Source: Minisyncoccota bacterium
Lineage (GTDB): Bacteria; Patescibacteriota; Minisyncoccia; 2-02-FULL-40-12; GWA2-44-9
NCBI GenBank assembly: GCA_030583765.1
Contig: CP129474.1
Span: 9,709-73,708 of the forward strand
DNA length: 64,000 bases
Reading direction: 5' to 3'
In this document: piece by piece, positions 24,562-32,665 of the stretch
How the letters are laid out: the number at the start of each line of letters is the position of its first letter
Numbering within the stretch: position 1 is the stretch's first letter
Program-made: the position numbers and the translations under genes
Notes under the pieces: generated by a model
Told to the model about the DNA's origin: nothing
Seen by the model: only the letters and a program-made list of their open reading frames with translations
The model's database searches: none

Positions 24562-26286
24562 ATGAAGCGCGTTTTACATGAGCACATGCGGGTTGTTCTC
24601 TTAACGGCGGCATTTCTTGCCGCCTTTGCGCTTGCGGGGTATCGCCTTGTCGTGCTTGCTGGTGTTCGTCACGAAACATATGCGCAGCAAGCTCGCGCGC
24701 AATCAGAGCGAGCCACTACGCTCGTTGCGAGAGGTAGCATCTTTTTCCAAGACGCTGGCGGCATCCGTCCAATTGCGGCGGTTAATCGTCGATTTCCTTT
24801 TGTGGTAGTGCGCACAAGCAGTGTTGATCCCGAATTGCGCGATGGCATTGCTGACGCGCTCGCAACGGTGACGGGCGCCAGTAAAGATTCTCTCATCGCG
24901 CTTTTAGATCGCGAAGGGAAAGAGCGCACCTTGCCGTATCGCCTCACTGAAGAACAGGCGCGCGCAGTCACTGATCTTGAGCTCCCTGGTATTGGTATCG
25001 CATACGCACTTGATCGCGAGTACCCAAGCGGCACACTTGCTGCTGATGTGCTTGGCTTTGTCGGCTACAGTGACCGAGGTCGCTCTGGGCAGTATGGTAT
25101 TGAATCTCGATTTGAACACATGCTCTCCGGCTCTCTCTCACGACGGAGCTTCTTTGCCGCGACGAATCCGGTGAGTATTATAAAATCTCTCATAGGAGGG
25201 GAAAGTGCCCGCGCCGAGCAGTCAGATCAACCCCGTGATATTGTGCTCACGCTCGATCATGCGATCCAGGCATATGTTGAAAATGCGCTTGATGCCGTAG
25301 TTACCAAATGGAAGGCGGCGGGAGGCTCAGCTATTGTGCAAGATCCACGCACGGGGCGTATTCTCGCAATGGTAGATCGTCCGACGTTTAATCCGAACGA
25401 ATATCGCACGAGTAAAACGGAGGCATTTTTAAATAGTTCCGTGCAGAGCATTTTTGAGCCAGGTTCTACGTTCAAGCCGTTTACGATGGCTGCTGGTCTT
25501 GATACGAACGTCCTTACGCCTCAGACGACGTACTATGATACGGGATCGGTCGAAGTGGCGGATCGTGTTATTAAGAATTCAACGCAACGGCCGTCGGGGA
25601 CGCGGACAATGACGCAGGTTTTGGAGCTTTCGTTGAATACGGGAACGGTTTTTGCGGCGAAACTGATCGGCACGGAGAAGTTTCGTGAATACATGGTCAA
25701 TCTCGGCTTCGGCCAACCGACGGGCATTGATCTTCCTGGTGAAGTGAGTGGCGATATCTCAAACCTCTATTCAGGGCGCGAGATTAACACCATGACAGCT
25801 TCATTCGGGCAAGGCATTGCCGTTACTCCACTGCAGCTTGTGAACGCGTTTAGCTCCATTGCAAATGGTGGAAGACTCATGCGCCCACTCATTGTGGATC
25901 GCGTGATAACAGGGACGAAAGAAGATGTGATAGAGCCAGAGGTGGTCTCGATTCCGTTCTCTGAACGTACCGCGAGTCGCTTACAGACTATGCTCACAAG
26001 TGTTGTCGATAATGGTTATGACGCGGGCGGGCGCATTAGCGGATATGATATCGCGGGAAAGACGGGTACGGCGCAGATTGCAGGACCCGACGGGAAATAT
26101 CTCGATGGCATCTTCATACACACCTTCGTAGGATTTGCGCCTTCGTATGATGCGCGCTATACCGTATTACTCAAACTCGATAGGCCGCAGGGCGTTACCT
26201 TTGCATCAAATAGCCTCGTGCCAACATTTAAAGACATTATGCAATTTTTGCTGACCTATGGTAGTGTACCACCATCGCGACGATAG
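24562..26286 (+). CDS. ftsI: Penicillin-binding protein 2B/FtsI-type transpeptidase.
   Basis: N-terminal TM helix. PBP dimerisation domain. Transpeptidase motifs STFKPF (SxxK), SLN (SxN) and KTGTA. Confidence 0.85.
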   Translation: MKRVLHEHMRVVLLTAAFLAAFALAGYRLVVLAGVRHETYAQQARAQSERATTLVARGSIFFQDAGGIRPIAAVNRRFPFVVVRTSSVDPELRDGIADALATVTGASKDSLIALLDREGKERTLPYRLTEEQARAVTDLELPGIGIAYALDREYPSGTLAADVLGFVGYSDRGRSGQYGIESRFEHMLSGSLSRRSFFAATNPVSIIKSLIGGESARAEQSDQPRDIVLTLDHAIQAYVENALDAVVTKWKAAGGSAIVQDPRTGRILAMVDRPTFNPNEYRTSKTEAFLNSSVQSIFEPGSTFKPFTMAAGLDTNVLTPQTTYYDTGSVEVADRVIKNSTQRPSGTRTMTQVLELSLNTGTVFAAKLIGTEKFREYMVNLGFGQPTGIDLPGEVSGDISNLYSGREINTMTASFGQGIAVTPLQLVNAFSSIANGGRLMRPLIVDRVITGTKEDVIEPEVVSIPFSERTASRLQTMLTSVVDNGYDAGGRISGYDIAGKTGTAQIAGPDGKYLDGIFIHTFVGFAPSYDARYTVLLKLDRPQGVTFASNSLVPTFKDIMQFLLTYGSVPPSRR

Positions 26287-26288
26287 CC

Positions 26289-27587
26289 ATGTCTTATAAA
26301 CGACTTACTCTTGAAATGATCCTCAAGGCGCTCGCACGAGTGCTCGTGTGGCGCTATAAGCCCCTCATCATCGGTGTTACGGGCAACGTGGGAAAGACGT
26401 CAACAAAAGAAGCAATCGCTACCGTGGTGCGTACGCGCATGACGGTACGAGCGAGCTCTGGAAATCTCAATAATGATATTGGCTTGCCCCTTTCTATCCT
26501 AGGCGATTGGGGAGAGGTGTACTATCACGAAGGCCCTTCATTTTCTTTCTGGGCGCGCGTCATAGGCGTCGCACTTCGTGATTGTGTTGTGCGCAATTCA
26601 GCATATCCGCGGGCATTGGTGCTCGAATATAGCGCAGACCGTCCAAAAGATATCGCTCGGCTTGTTCATCTCTTTAAGCCGCACATTTCAGTGGTGACCG
26701 CGGTTGGAGATATCCCTGTACACGTGGAATTCTTCCGCTCACCCGATGCTGTGGCACGAGAAAAGAGCGCTTTAGTGCACGCGCTGCTGCCTTCAGATTA
26801 CGCCGTCCTCAACGCGGATGACGCACGTGTACTCGATATGCGCCTTGTTACTAAGGCACGTGTCCGTACATTTGGATCGCAACAAACCGCATCAGCTTCA
26901 TTTTCCCACGAAGCTCCGTGGGTTGAAGATGGCGTAGTCCGTGGCATGGTATGCAAGCTGCACTACGACGGTGGTTTTGTGCCCGTACGTGTACCAGGAG
27001 TTTTGGGGCGCACCACATGCTATGCTGTTTCGGCGGCCGCTGCTGTCGGGCACATTCTCCACGTGAACGCGCTTGCTATGAGCGAGGCTTTCTCCGCATA
27101 CCGCCCCCCTGCGGGACGATTGCGCATTCTATCGGGCATTAAGCACACTACCATTATTGATGATACATATAATGCCGCTCCGGCGGCGACGCGTATGGCA
27201 CTTGAGACCTTGCGCGATATGCCCGCGCAACGAAAGGTGGCTGTGCTTGGCGATATGCTTGAGCTGGGAAGCTTCACAATCGAAGCGCACGAAGCGATCG
27301 GACAGATGGTTCCTGCCATTGCGCAGCGCTTAGTTTGTGTTGGTGAGCGCGCAGCGCTTATAGGGCGCACCGCCGAGCAACAGATGCCACAGGGTGCTGT
27401 GCAGTATGCGCATACCGCAGATGAGGCAAAGCGCATGGTGCAAGATCTTCTTGAAGAGGGGGATCTGGTTCTTGTGAAAGGCTCGCAAGGAATGCGCATG
27501 GAGAAAGTGGTGGAAGAAATCATGGCAGAGCCTCAATTGGCACGGGAGTTGCTCGTGCGCCAATATGGCCACTGGCTTGCCTCATAG
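26289..27587 (+). CDS. murF: UDP-N-acetylmuramoyl-tripeptide--D-alanyl-D-alanine ligase MurF.
   Basis: Mur-ligase P-loop GVTGNVGKTSTKE. MurF-type DDTYNAAP motif. Length ~430 aa. Confidence 0.75.
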   Translation: MSYKRLTLEMILKALARVLVWRYKPLIIGVTGNVGKTSTKEAIATVVRTRMTVRASSGNLNNDIGLPLSILGDWGEVYYHEGPSFSFWARVIGVALRDCVVRNSAYPRALVLEYSADRPKDIARLVHLFKPHISVVTAVGDIPVHVEFFRSPDAVAREKSALVHALLPSDYAVLNADDARVLDMRLVTKARVRTFGSQQTASASFSHEAPWVEDGVVRGMVCKLHYDGGFVPVRVPGVLGRTTCYAVSAAAAVGHILHVNALAMSEAFSAYRPPAGRLRILSGIKHTTIIDDTYNAAPAATRMALETLRDMPAQRKVAVLGDMLELGSFTIEAHEAIGQMVPAIAQRLVCVGERAALIGRTAEQQMPQGAVQYAHTADEAKRMVQDLLEEGDLVLVKGSQGMRMEKVVEEIMAEPQLARELLVRQYGHWLAS

Positions 27588-27697
27588 GCCCACCCTATGG
27601 CATACTAGATGACGTTTTAGTACGCTGGCTCCGCCTTCGGCGAGACAAGCCTGTCGTCCCAAGACGTGGCTGGTGCTCGTGTGTTAAATACATATAT

Positions 27698-27772
27698 GGC
27701 CCTGTCGTCTAGCCCGGTCTAGGACACTAGATTCTCATTCTAGTAACACGGGTTCAAATCCCGTCGGGGCTA
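27698..27772 (+). tRNA. tRNA-Glu (anticodon CUC).
   Basis: Hand-folded. Architecture closely parallels E. coli tRNA-Glu (GTCT D-stem, ...GGAC AC, TAAC variable loop). Anticodon stem CTAGA/TCTAG with loop TTCTCAT. T-arm ACGGG-TTCAAAT-CCCGT. Acceptor GGCCCTG/CGGGGCT with two G.U pairs. Discriminator A. Confidence 0.75.
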
Positions 27773-27774
27773 CT

Positions 27775-27810
27775 AGTACATAAAGACTCCCACTGGGGAG
27801 TTTTTATGTA
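27775..27810. terminator. 16-bp near-perfect palindromic hairpin immediately after tRNA-Glu.
   Basis: gtacataaagactccc ACTG gggagtttttatgtac. Confidence 0.55.
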
Positions 27811-27933
27811 CTAAGACCCTGTTGGATTTGAAGGGTATCCGAGAACGCCAACTGCTTGGCGTTCTCAGGAACCCCGGCTTTGAAGGAGGAGCGAGCCTGC
27901 GCTATAGCGCGTGCGAGCGACGGATGAAAAGAA

Positions 27934-27989
27934 ATCCCGTCGGGGCTACAAATACATAAAAACCCCGTTTGGGGTTTTTATGTATTTAG
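27934..27989 (+). repeat. Direct repeat of the tRNA-Glu 3' end (aaatcccgtcggggctac, 27934-27951) followed by a second 17-bp perfect hairpin (27952-27989) paralogous to the one after the tRNA.
   Basis: The 18-nt identical copy lies 161 nt after the tRNA 3' end. aaatacataaaaacccc GTTT ggggtttttatgtattt. Both hairpins are followed by t(a)agaccct. Confidence 0.75.
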
Positions 27990-28042
27990 ACCCTCCTCCA
28001 TAATTCTTGACCTTTTAGGCGTTTCTGCTATGATAGAGCCTT

Positions 28043-28357
28043 ATGACATTTGCTGTTATTCAGACGGGCGGCAAGCAATATAAAGTCGCTGTGGGCGACA
28101 TTCTTGACATTGAAAAGCTTGATGCCGCCGAAGGTTCAGAAGTTACTTTCTCAGAGGTGCTTCTCACGGCCGATGACAAAGATATTTCCGTAGGCCAGCC
28201 CCTCGTCGCAAAAGCAAAGGTAACCGCGCAAATCCTTGAGCAGGGTAAAGGAGAGAAGAAAATCGTTTTCCGCTTCAAGGCGAAGACTCGTTACCGCAAA
28301 AAGAAGGGCCACCGTCAGCCGTTTACGAAAGTAAAAATCACCAACATCTCCGCATAA
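28043..28357 (+). CDS. rplU: 50S ribosomal protein L21.
   Basis: MTFAVIQTGGKQYKVAVGDILDIEKL...KIVFRFKAKTRYRKKKGHRQPFTKVKI is a canonical L21. Confidence 0.9.
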   Translation: MTFAVIQTGGKQYKVAVGDILDIEKLDAAEGSEVTFSEVLLTADDKDISVGQPLVAKAKVTAQILEQGKGEKKIVFRFKAKTRYRKKKGHRQPFTKVKITNISA

Positions 28358-28431
28358 CGGAGATGTTGTGTTTATGCGCCATCTATGGCATAATAAACCC
28401 TCCCCAAAGCAATAGGGGGAAGAGGAGGGTT

Positions 28432-28629
28432 ATGGCGAGGATTCAGTGCCCCCATTGTGGGGGCGAAATGCCCCTGGCGAGCGCCTCCGAGCGCGCCCCC
28501 ATGCGGGTGATGAACTGCTCACAGTGTGGGAAAACGCTGGAGCAGGCGCAGGAAGCAGCAGCGCGCCGTTCCGTTCTCAACCAGATCAACGGAGAGGGGG
28601 AGTCGGTTGGTGAACTGCCCGGCGTGTAA
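28432..28629 (+). CDS. Small Zn-ribbon protein (~66 aa; MARIQCPHCGGEM...NCSQCGKTLEQ...). The ORF track extends it to 28363.
   Basis: RBS agaggaggg 6 nt before ATG 28432. CPxCG...CSQCG pattern. Confidence 0.4.
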   Translation: MARIQCPHCGGEMPLASASERAPMRVMNCSQCGKTLEQAQEAAARRSVLNQINGEGESVGELPGV

Positions 28630-28780
28630 GACGCCACGCACCATGGTGGGTATGCACCTCGCGTGCCCGACCTGTAAGAAGGTCTCAGCGCCCCTTACCG
28701 AAGAGGTAACGACGCTGCTAGCCATTCCTGTGCGCGTCACGCGCCCGCCACAGCCTCCCCGGATGCCGCTCTGCACCTAG
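28609..28780 (+). CDS. Second small Zn-ribbon ORF (~57 aa, GTG start; VNCPACKTPRTMVGMHLACPTCKKV...), in a different frame and overlapping the end of the previous one.
   Basis: Paralogous C-P-x-C...C-x-x-C-K pattern. gagggggag RBS-like purine tract upstream. Ends at TAG 28778-28780, just before the terminator. Confidence 0.3.
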
Positions 28781-28794
28781 TGTGCTGGGCTGTT

Positions 28795-28828
28795 GGCCAA
28801 GGATTCGTCCTTGGCCTCTTTTATTTTC
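28795..28828. terminator. Bidirectional intrinsic terminator between rplU/Zn-ribbon ORFs (+) and recR (-).
   Basis: ggccaagga TTCG tccttggcc followed by tcttttattttc. Confidence 0.7.
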
Positions 28829-29420
28829 TGAAATCGAGGGCGTTTTTGAGCGTCATCTCGTCTGCATACTCCACGTGTGTTCCAGATGAAAGGCCGCGAG
28901 CAAGTTTCGTGATGCGTACGTGCTCTAAGGGGCGCAGTAGGCTTTCAATATACAAAGCAGTGGTTTCGCCCGGGGCGTGGGCATTAGTCGCTAATATAAC
29001 TTCTACGGGGCGGTCCGGGTGTGCTAACGAACCTACCCGCTGTACGAGCTCGTGAATGCGTAGGTTATCGGCAGTAATGCCGTCTGCGGGGTGGATGGAG
29101 CCGCCAAGCACGTGGTACCGACCACGGTACAGTCCGGTGCGCTCAATGGACTCAAGGTCCGTTACTTTCTCAAGCACCAAAATAGTGTAGGGGTCTCGTT
29201 TTGCATCCTCGCATACCCTACACGCATCGCCGTCAGAGATGTTGAAGCAAGTCTTGCATGTTTGTACTGCGGTTTTCAGGCGAGCAATGGCGTCGCCCAG
29301 CAGAGCAAGATCGCGCTCATCGTGGTTCATGAGTGCCAACACAAAACGCAGTGCTTGGCGCGGGCCAACCCCGGGGAGCTTCTGTAACATGCGCGAGAGC
29401 GCGATGATGTGTTCGTTCAT
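28821..29420 (-). CDS. recR: Recombination protein RecR.
   Basis: HhH N-terminus LQKLPGVGPRQALRF. C4 zinc finger CKTCFNISDGDACRVC. Toprim domain. Confidence 0.9.
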   Translation of the reverse strand: MNEHIIALSRMLQKLPGVGPRQALRFVLALMNHDERDLALLGDAIARLKTAVQTCKTCFNISDGDACRVCEDAKRDPYTILVLEKVTDLESIERTGLYRGRYHVLGGSIHPADGITADNLRIHELVQRVGSLAHPDRPVEVILATNAHAPGETTALYIESLLRPLEHVRITKLARGLSSGTHVEYADEMTLKNALDFRK

Positions 29421-29425
29421 AGAGA

Positions 29426-30817
29426 CTAGAACGTCGCGGGCCCGTCATAGTTATGCTGACGGTCTACTTCGTAGAATTGTAAACTATCTGGATCAATATA
29501 GAAATCAATGTCGCCGGTTGGTCCGTTGCGGTGCTTCGCAATAATGAGCTGCGCCATGTTGAGCTTATTTTCTTGCTGTGCTTTCGCAAAGTTTACCTTG
29601 TCGTCGCGATGGATGAACATAACAACGTCCGCATCTTGTTCGATGGAGCCGGAATCACGAAGGTCAGAAAGCTTCGGACGATGACCATCACGGCTTTCAA
29701 TTGCGCGGGAAAGCTGGGATAGCGCAATAACGGGGATGTTGAGCTCTTTTGCAAGTCCCTTGAGGCCTCGGGAGATCTCAGTGACTTGCTGTACGGCGCT
29801 GTCGTAGTCTTTGCGTCCTGCCATGAGCTGAAGGTAATCAATAACCACCGCGCCAAGGCCATGCTCAGCATGGAGGCGGCGCGCAACGGCGCGCATTTGT
29901 AGCACGTTCATGCTCGCCGAGTCATCAATAAAGACCGGTGTATTTTTTAGCTCACTGATTGCTGTGGTAATACGGAGGAAGTCGTTATCAACGCCTTCAT
30001 GAGAGAGGCGGCCCGTGCGTAGCTTCCAGAGGGACACGCCAGACTTTGATGCAATAAAACGATCTACCACCTGATCGGTAGACATTTCCAAACTAAAGAT
30101 GGCGACTGGAATGCCGTTTGATGCGAGGCGCCCTGCGATATCAATCGAAAATGCTGTTTTACCCACCGAGGGACGCGCGGCGAGAATAATCAAATCAGAG
30201 CGCTGGAACCCGCCCAACATTTCATCAAGTTTTGTGTGTCGTGTGGCAAGGCCGCGTAGCTCACCAGTATCCTGCGTGCTAATGCGTTCCATGGCAGCAT
30301 CCAAACTGCTCGCGAGGGCAGTAAAGTTCTGGGGGCGCGTTTTCTCAGATATGGCAAAGAGTTTGCGTTCCGCTTCATCGAGGAGCGTTTCCGTATCTTC
30401 ATCTTCACGATATCCCATACCGACGATCTCGTGGGCGACGTCAATGAGGCTGCGCAACGTGCGCTTCTTTTGAACAATGCGGCCGTAGGTTGCAGCGTGA
30501 GCGGCAGAAGGCACTGCGCCGGCGAGCGACGTGAGAAAGCCAACTCCGCCGATATCGGCGAGCACGCCGCGTTCAGCGAGCACATTTGAAACGCTCAAGA
30601 CGTCGATGGCGTCACGCTTTTCAAAAAGCGAAAGCACCGCCTCATATACGTGCTGATGATTGCGGTGATAAAAATCTTCAGGGCGGAGGAAGTCAACAAC
30701 ACGGTTTATTGCTTCGCGATCAATAAGGAGCGCCCCTAAGAGTGTTTTCTCGGCATCAGTGCTGTGCGGAGGAGTCTGCGTGGGAGTCTGTAGTCCGTTG
30801 CCTGCCATGGGGCTCAT
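29426..30817 (-). CDS. dnaB: Replicative DNA helicase DnaB.
   Basis: N-terminal DnaB domain (EKTLLGALLIDREAINRV). Walker A ARPSVGKTAF. RecA-like fold motifs. ~460 aa. Confidence 0.9.
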   Translation of the reverse strand: MSPMAGNGLQTPTQTPPHSTDAEKTLLGALLIDREAINRVVDFLRPEDFYHRNHQHVYEAVLSLFEKRDAIDVLSVSNVLAERGVLADIGGVGFLTSLAGAVPSAAHAATYGRIVQKKRTLRSLIDVAHEIVGMGYREDEDTETLLDEAERKLFAISEKTRPQNFTALASSLDAAMERISTQDTGELRGLATRHTKLDEMLGGFQRSDLIILAARPSVGKTAFSIDIAGRLASNGIPVAIFSLEMSTDQVVDRFIASKSGVSLWKLRTGRLSHEGVDNDFLRITTAISELKNTPVFIDDSASMNVLQMRAVARRLHAEHGLGAVVIDYLQLMAGRKDYDSAVQQVTEISRGLKGLAKELNIPVIALSQLSRAIESRDGHRPKLSDLRDSGSIEQDADVVMFIHRDDKVNFAKAQQENKLNMAQLIIAKHRNGPTGDIDFYIDPDSLQFYEVDRQHNYDGPATF

Positions 30818-30883
30818 TATTCATCTTCTAGACCCGCTGGCAACTATTTCTGTGGAGAGCGTGTGGATTGAGCGCAGAAATGA

Positions 30884-30913
30884 TTGACTAAGTTTGTATA
30901 TATGGTATTATAA
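30884..30913 (+). promoter_or_regulatory. Sigma70-like promoter (TTGACT N16 TATTAT) for the small gene at 30942.
   Basis: Hexamers read at 30884-30889 and 30906-30911. Confidence 0.4.
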
Positions 30914-30941
30914 CCACTCACGGCATTCATGAGGAGGTGCT

Positions 30942-31157
30942 ATGCCGGTTGGTCCGAAGTACGTCGTCGGAGGCAAGGTGTTGATTTCGAACGCTCATCC
31001 GTCCATCATCGGTCGGATCGGTGTCGGTCCGCACCCCATCGTCAAAATCCTCCCCACGACGAATGCGACTCTGGGAGAGGAGCGGCAGGTCGTCATCCAC
31101 AACGACGCCCACGGGAAGTTCATCTTCTTCGAACGGGAGGTCGCCCCGGCCCCCTAG
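30942..31157 (+). CDS. Hypothetical 71-aa protein with its own promoter, strong RBS (GAGGAGGTG) and terminator.
   Basis: MPVGPKYVVGGKVLISNAHPSIIGRIGVGPHPIVKILPTT...; no family recognised. The overlapping ORF 30929..31264 is Arg-rich and implausible. Confidence 0.45.
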   Translation: MPVGPKYVVGGKVLISNAHPSIIGRIGVGPHPIVKILPTTNATLGEERQVVIHNDAHGKFIFFEREVAPAP

Positions 31158-31177
31158 GAGGAGCAAGAGCTAGGACC

Positions 31178-31217
31178 GAGCCAGCGCAATGTGCGCTGGC
31201 TCATTTATTTTCGTTTT
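31178..31217. terminator. Bidirectional terminator shared by the small + gene and cysS (-).
   Basis: gagccagcgca ATG tgcgctggctc followed by atttattttcgtttt. Confidence 0.6.
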
Positions 31218-32665
31218 ATACGATAACCAGTCGGCGTGTCGTCTACAGAGTATCCTTTTTGTAGGATTGTGGTGCGGAGTTCGTCGGCGAGCGTGAATGC
31301 CTTAGCGCGCTTTGCCTCTTGTCGCTGTTCCGCAAGCTCCCGGATGTCTTCAGGGATAGGAGCGCTTGGACGTGGGATGACACCGAGCACTGCATCAAAG
31401 AAATCAAAGAGTTGAAATACTTTTTGCGCGGAGTGCATGTCGATAGTTCTCTGATCTAGCGCAGTGTTAATTGCGCGGATGCTTTCAAAAAGTGTTGCGA
31501 TAACTGCAGGTGTGTCAAAATCATTATTCAATGCCGAGAGCGCTGCTTCATGGTGCTGCGCAAGCGTGTGGGCAATTGAGGCGTCGTGAGCGTGCGCGTG
31601 GGGCGTATCCTCTTCTTGTGCCACTAAGCGGTCAAGGCATTCTTGCATACGAGCCACGGCGGCCTCACTTGCATCAAGCGCCTCGTAAGAAAAAGTAAGC
31701 GGGGAGCGATAGTGCGCACCGAGAAGAAAGAGACGGATGGCTTGTGGGGAATACTTTTCTAATAATGCTCGAAGAGAAACGATATTTCCGAGAGACTTGG
31801 ACATCTTTTCATCTCCCATGTGCAAGAAACCTGCATGCATCCAATGGCGCACGAAGGGGGTTTTTCCTGACGCGGCTTGCTGCTGGGCTATTTCTGCCTC
31901 ATGGTGGGGGAAAATGAGGTCCTGAGCTCCACCGTGCAAGTCATATTGGGGTCCGAAATAAGTTTCACTGATTGCTGTATCTTCTATGTGCCACCCAGGG
32001 CGGCCGTTACCCCATGGTGAATCCCACGAAGGCTCGTAGGCGTAATTTTTCGCTTTCCAGAGCACAAAATCTCGTGCACTTCGCTTGTTCTCTTCAAGTG
32101 CTCCTCGTGCACCTTCTAACAGTGTCTTCGCGTCTGTTTGCCCAGATAGCGAACCATAGGCATGGGGGAAGTCGGCCTCATATGCGCGGACGTCAAAATA
32201 CACATCAGAGAGGCCTGTAGGATCAAGAGCGGCGTGGCCCTCCGCTTTCCGTGCAGGAACCGCATATGCATATCGCTTCGTAATGAGAGTTTGGATTTGC
32301 TGAATGATAGCTGTGATGACGTCAGTGGCGCGCACATATGCCGTTGGGCTGGTGATGCCAAGCGCGCGCGTATCGGAAAGAAATGCGTCGGTATACATGC
32401 GCGCCACATCCTCCGCTGCTTTTTTCTCAGCGTGTGCGCGCTCAATGATCTTATTATCAATGTCGGTAATGTTCTGGATATACGTTACATGAATATTTTG
32501 TGCGCGTAGGGCGCGAGCAACAACATCGAAAACAACAAAGGTTCGTGCGTTGCCGATATGGATGTAATCGTAGACCGTGGGACCGCATACAAACATGCGA
32601 ATTGCTTCGCCGGGAGCGGCGAGGTGTTCAACTTGTTTTGTGCGCGTGTTGTATGCGTTCACCAT
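31205..32665 (-). CDS. cysS: Cysteinyl-tRNA synthetase. Start probably at MVNAYNT (32665); the ORF track gives 32710.
   Basis: Class I motifs HIGN (HIGH) and KMSKSLGN. Zn-binding Cys (CGPTVYD). Anticodon-binding C-terminus. Confidence 0.9.
   Translation of the reverse strand: MVNAYNTRTKQVEHLAAPGEAIRMFVCGPTVYDYIHIGNARTFVVFDVVARALRAQNIHVTYIQNITDIDNKIIERAHAEKKAAEDVARMYTDAFLSDTRALGITSPTAYVRATDVITAIIQQIQTLITKRYAYAVPARKAEGHAALDPTGLSDVYFDVRAYEADFPHAYGSLSGQTDAKTLLEGARGALEENKRSARDFVLWKAKNYAYEPSWDSPWGNGRPGWHIEDTAISETYFGPQYDLHGGAQDLIFPHHEAEIAQQQAASGKTPFVRHWMHAGFLHMGDEKMSKSLGNIVSLRALLEKYSPQAIRLFLLGAHYRSPLTFSYEALDASEAAVARMQECLDRLVAQEEDTPHAHAHDASIAHTLAQHHEAALSALNNDFDTPAVIATLFESIRAINTALDQRTIDMHSAQKVFQLFDFFDAVLGVIPRPSAPIPEDIRELAEQRQEAKRAKAFTLADELRTTILQKGYSVDDTPTGYRIKRK

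Noticed and set aside
24217-27587. Truncated dcw cluster (no murE, mraY, murD, ftsW, murG, ftsQAZ after murF) considered as a notable deletion.
   Set aside because: Scattered dcw genes are common in reduced genomes. The missing genes may simply lie elsewhere on the chromosome; nothing in this window indicates recent loss.
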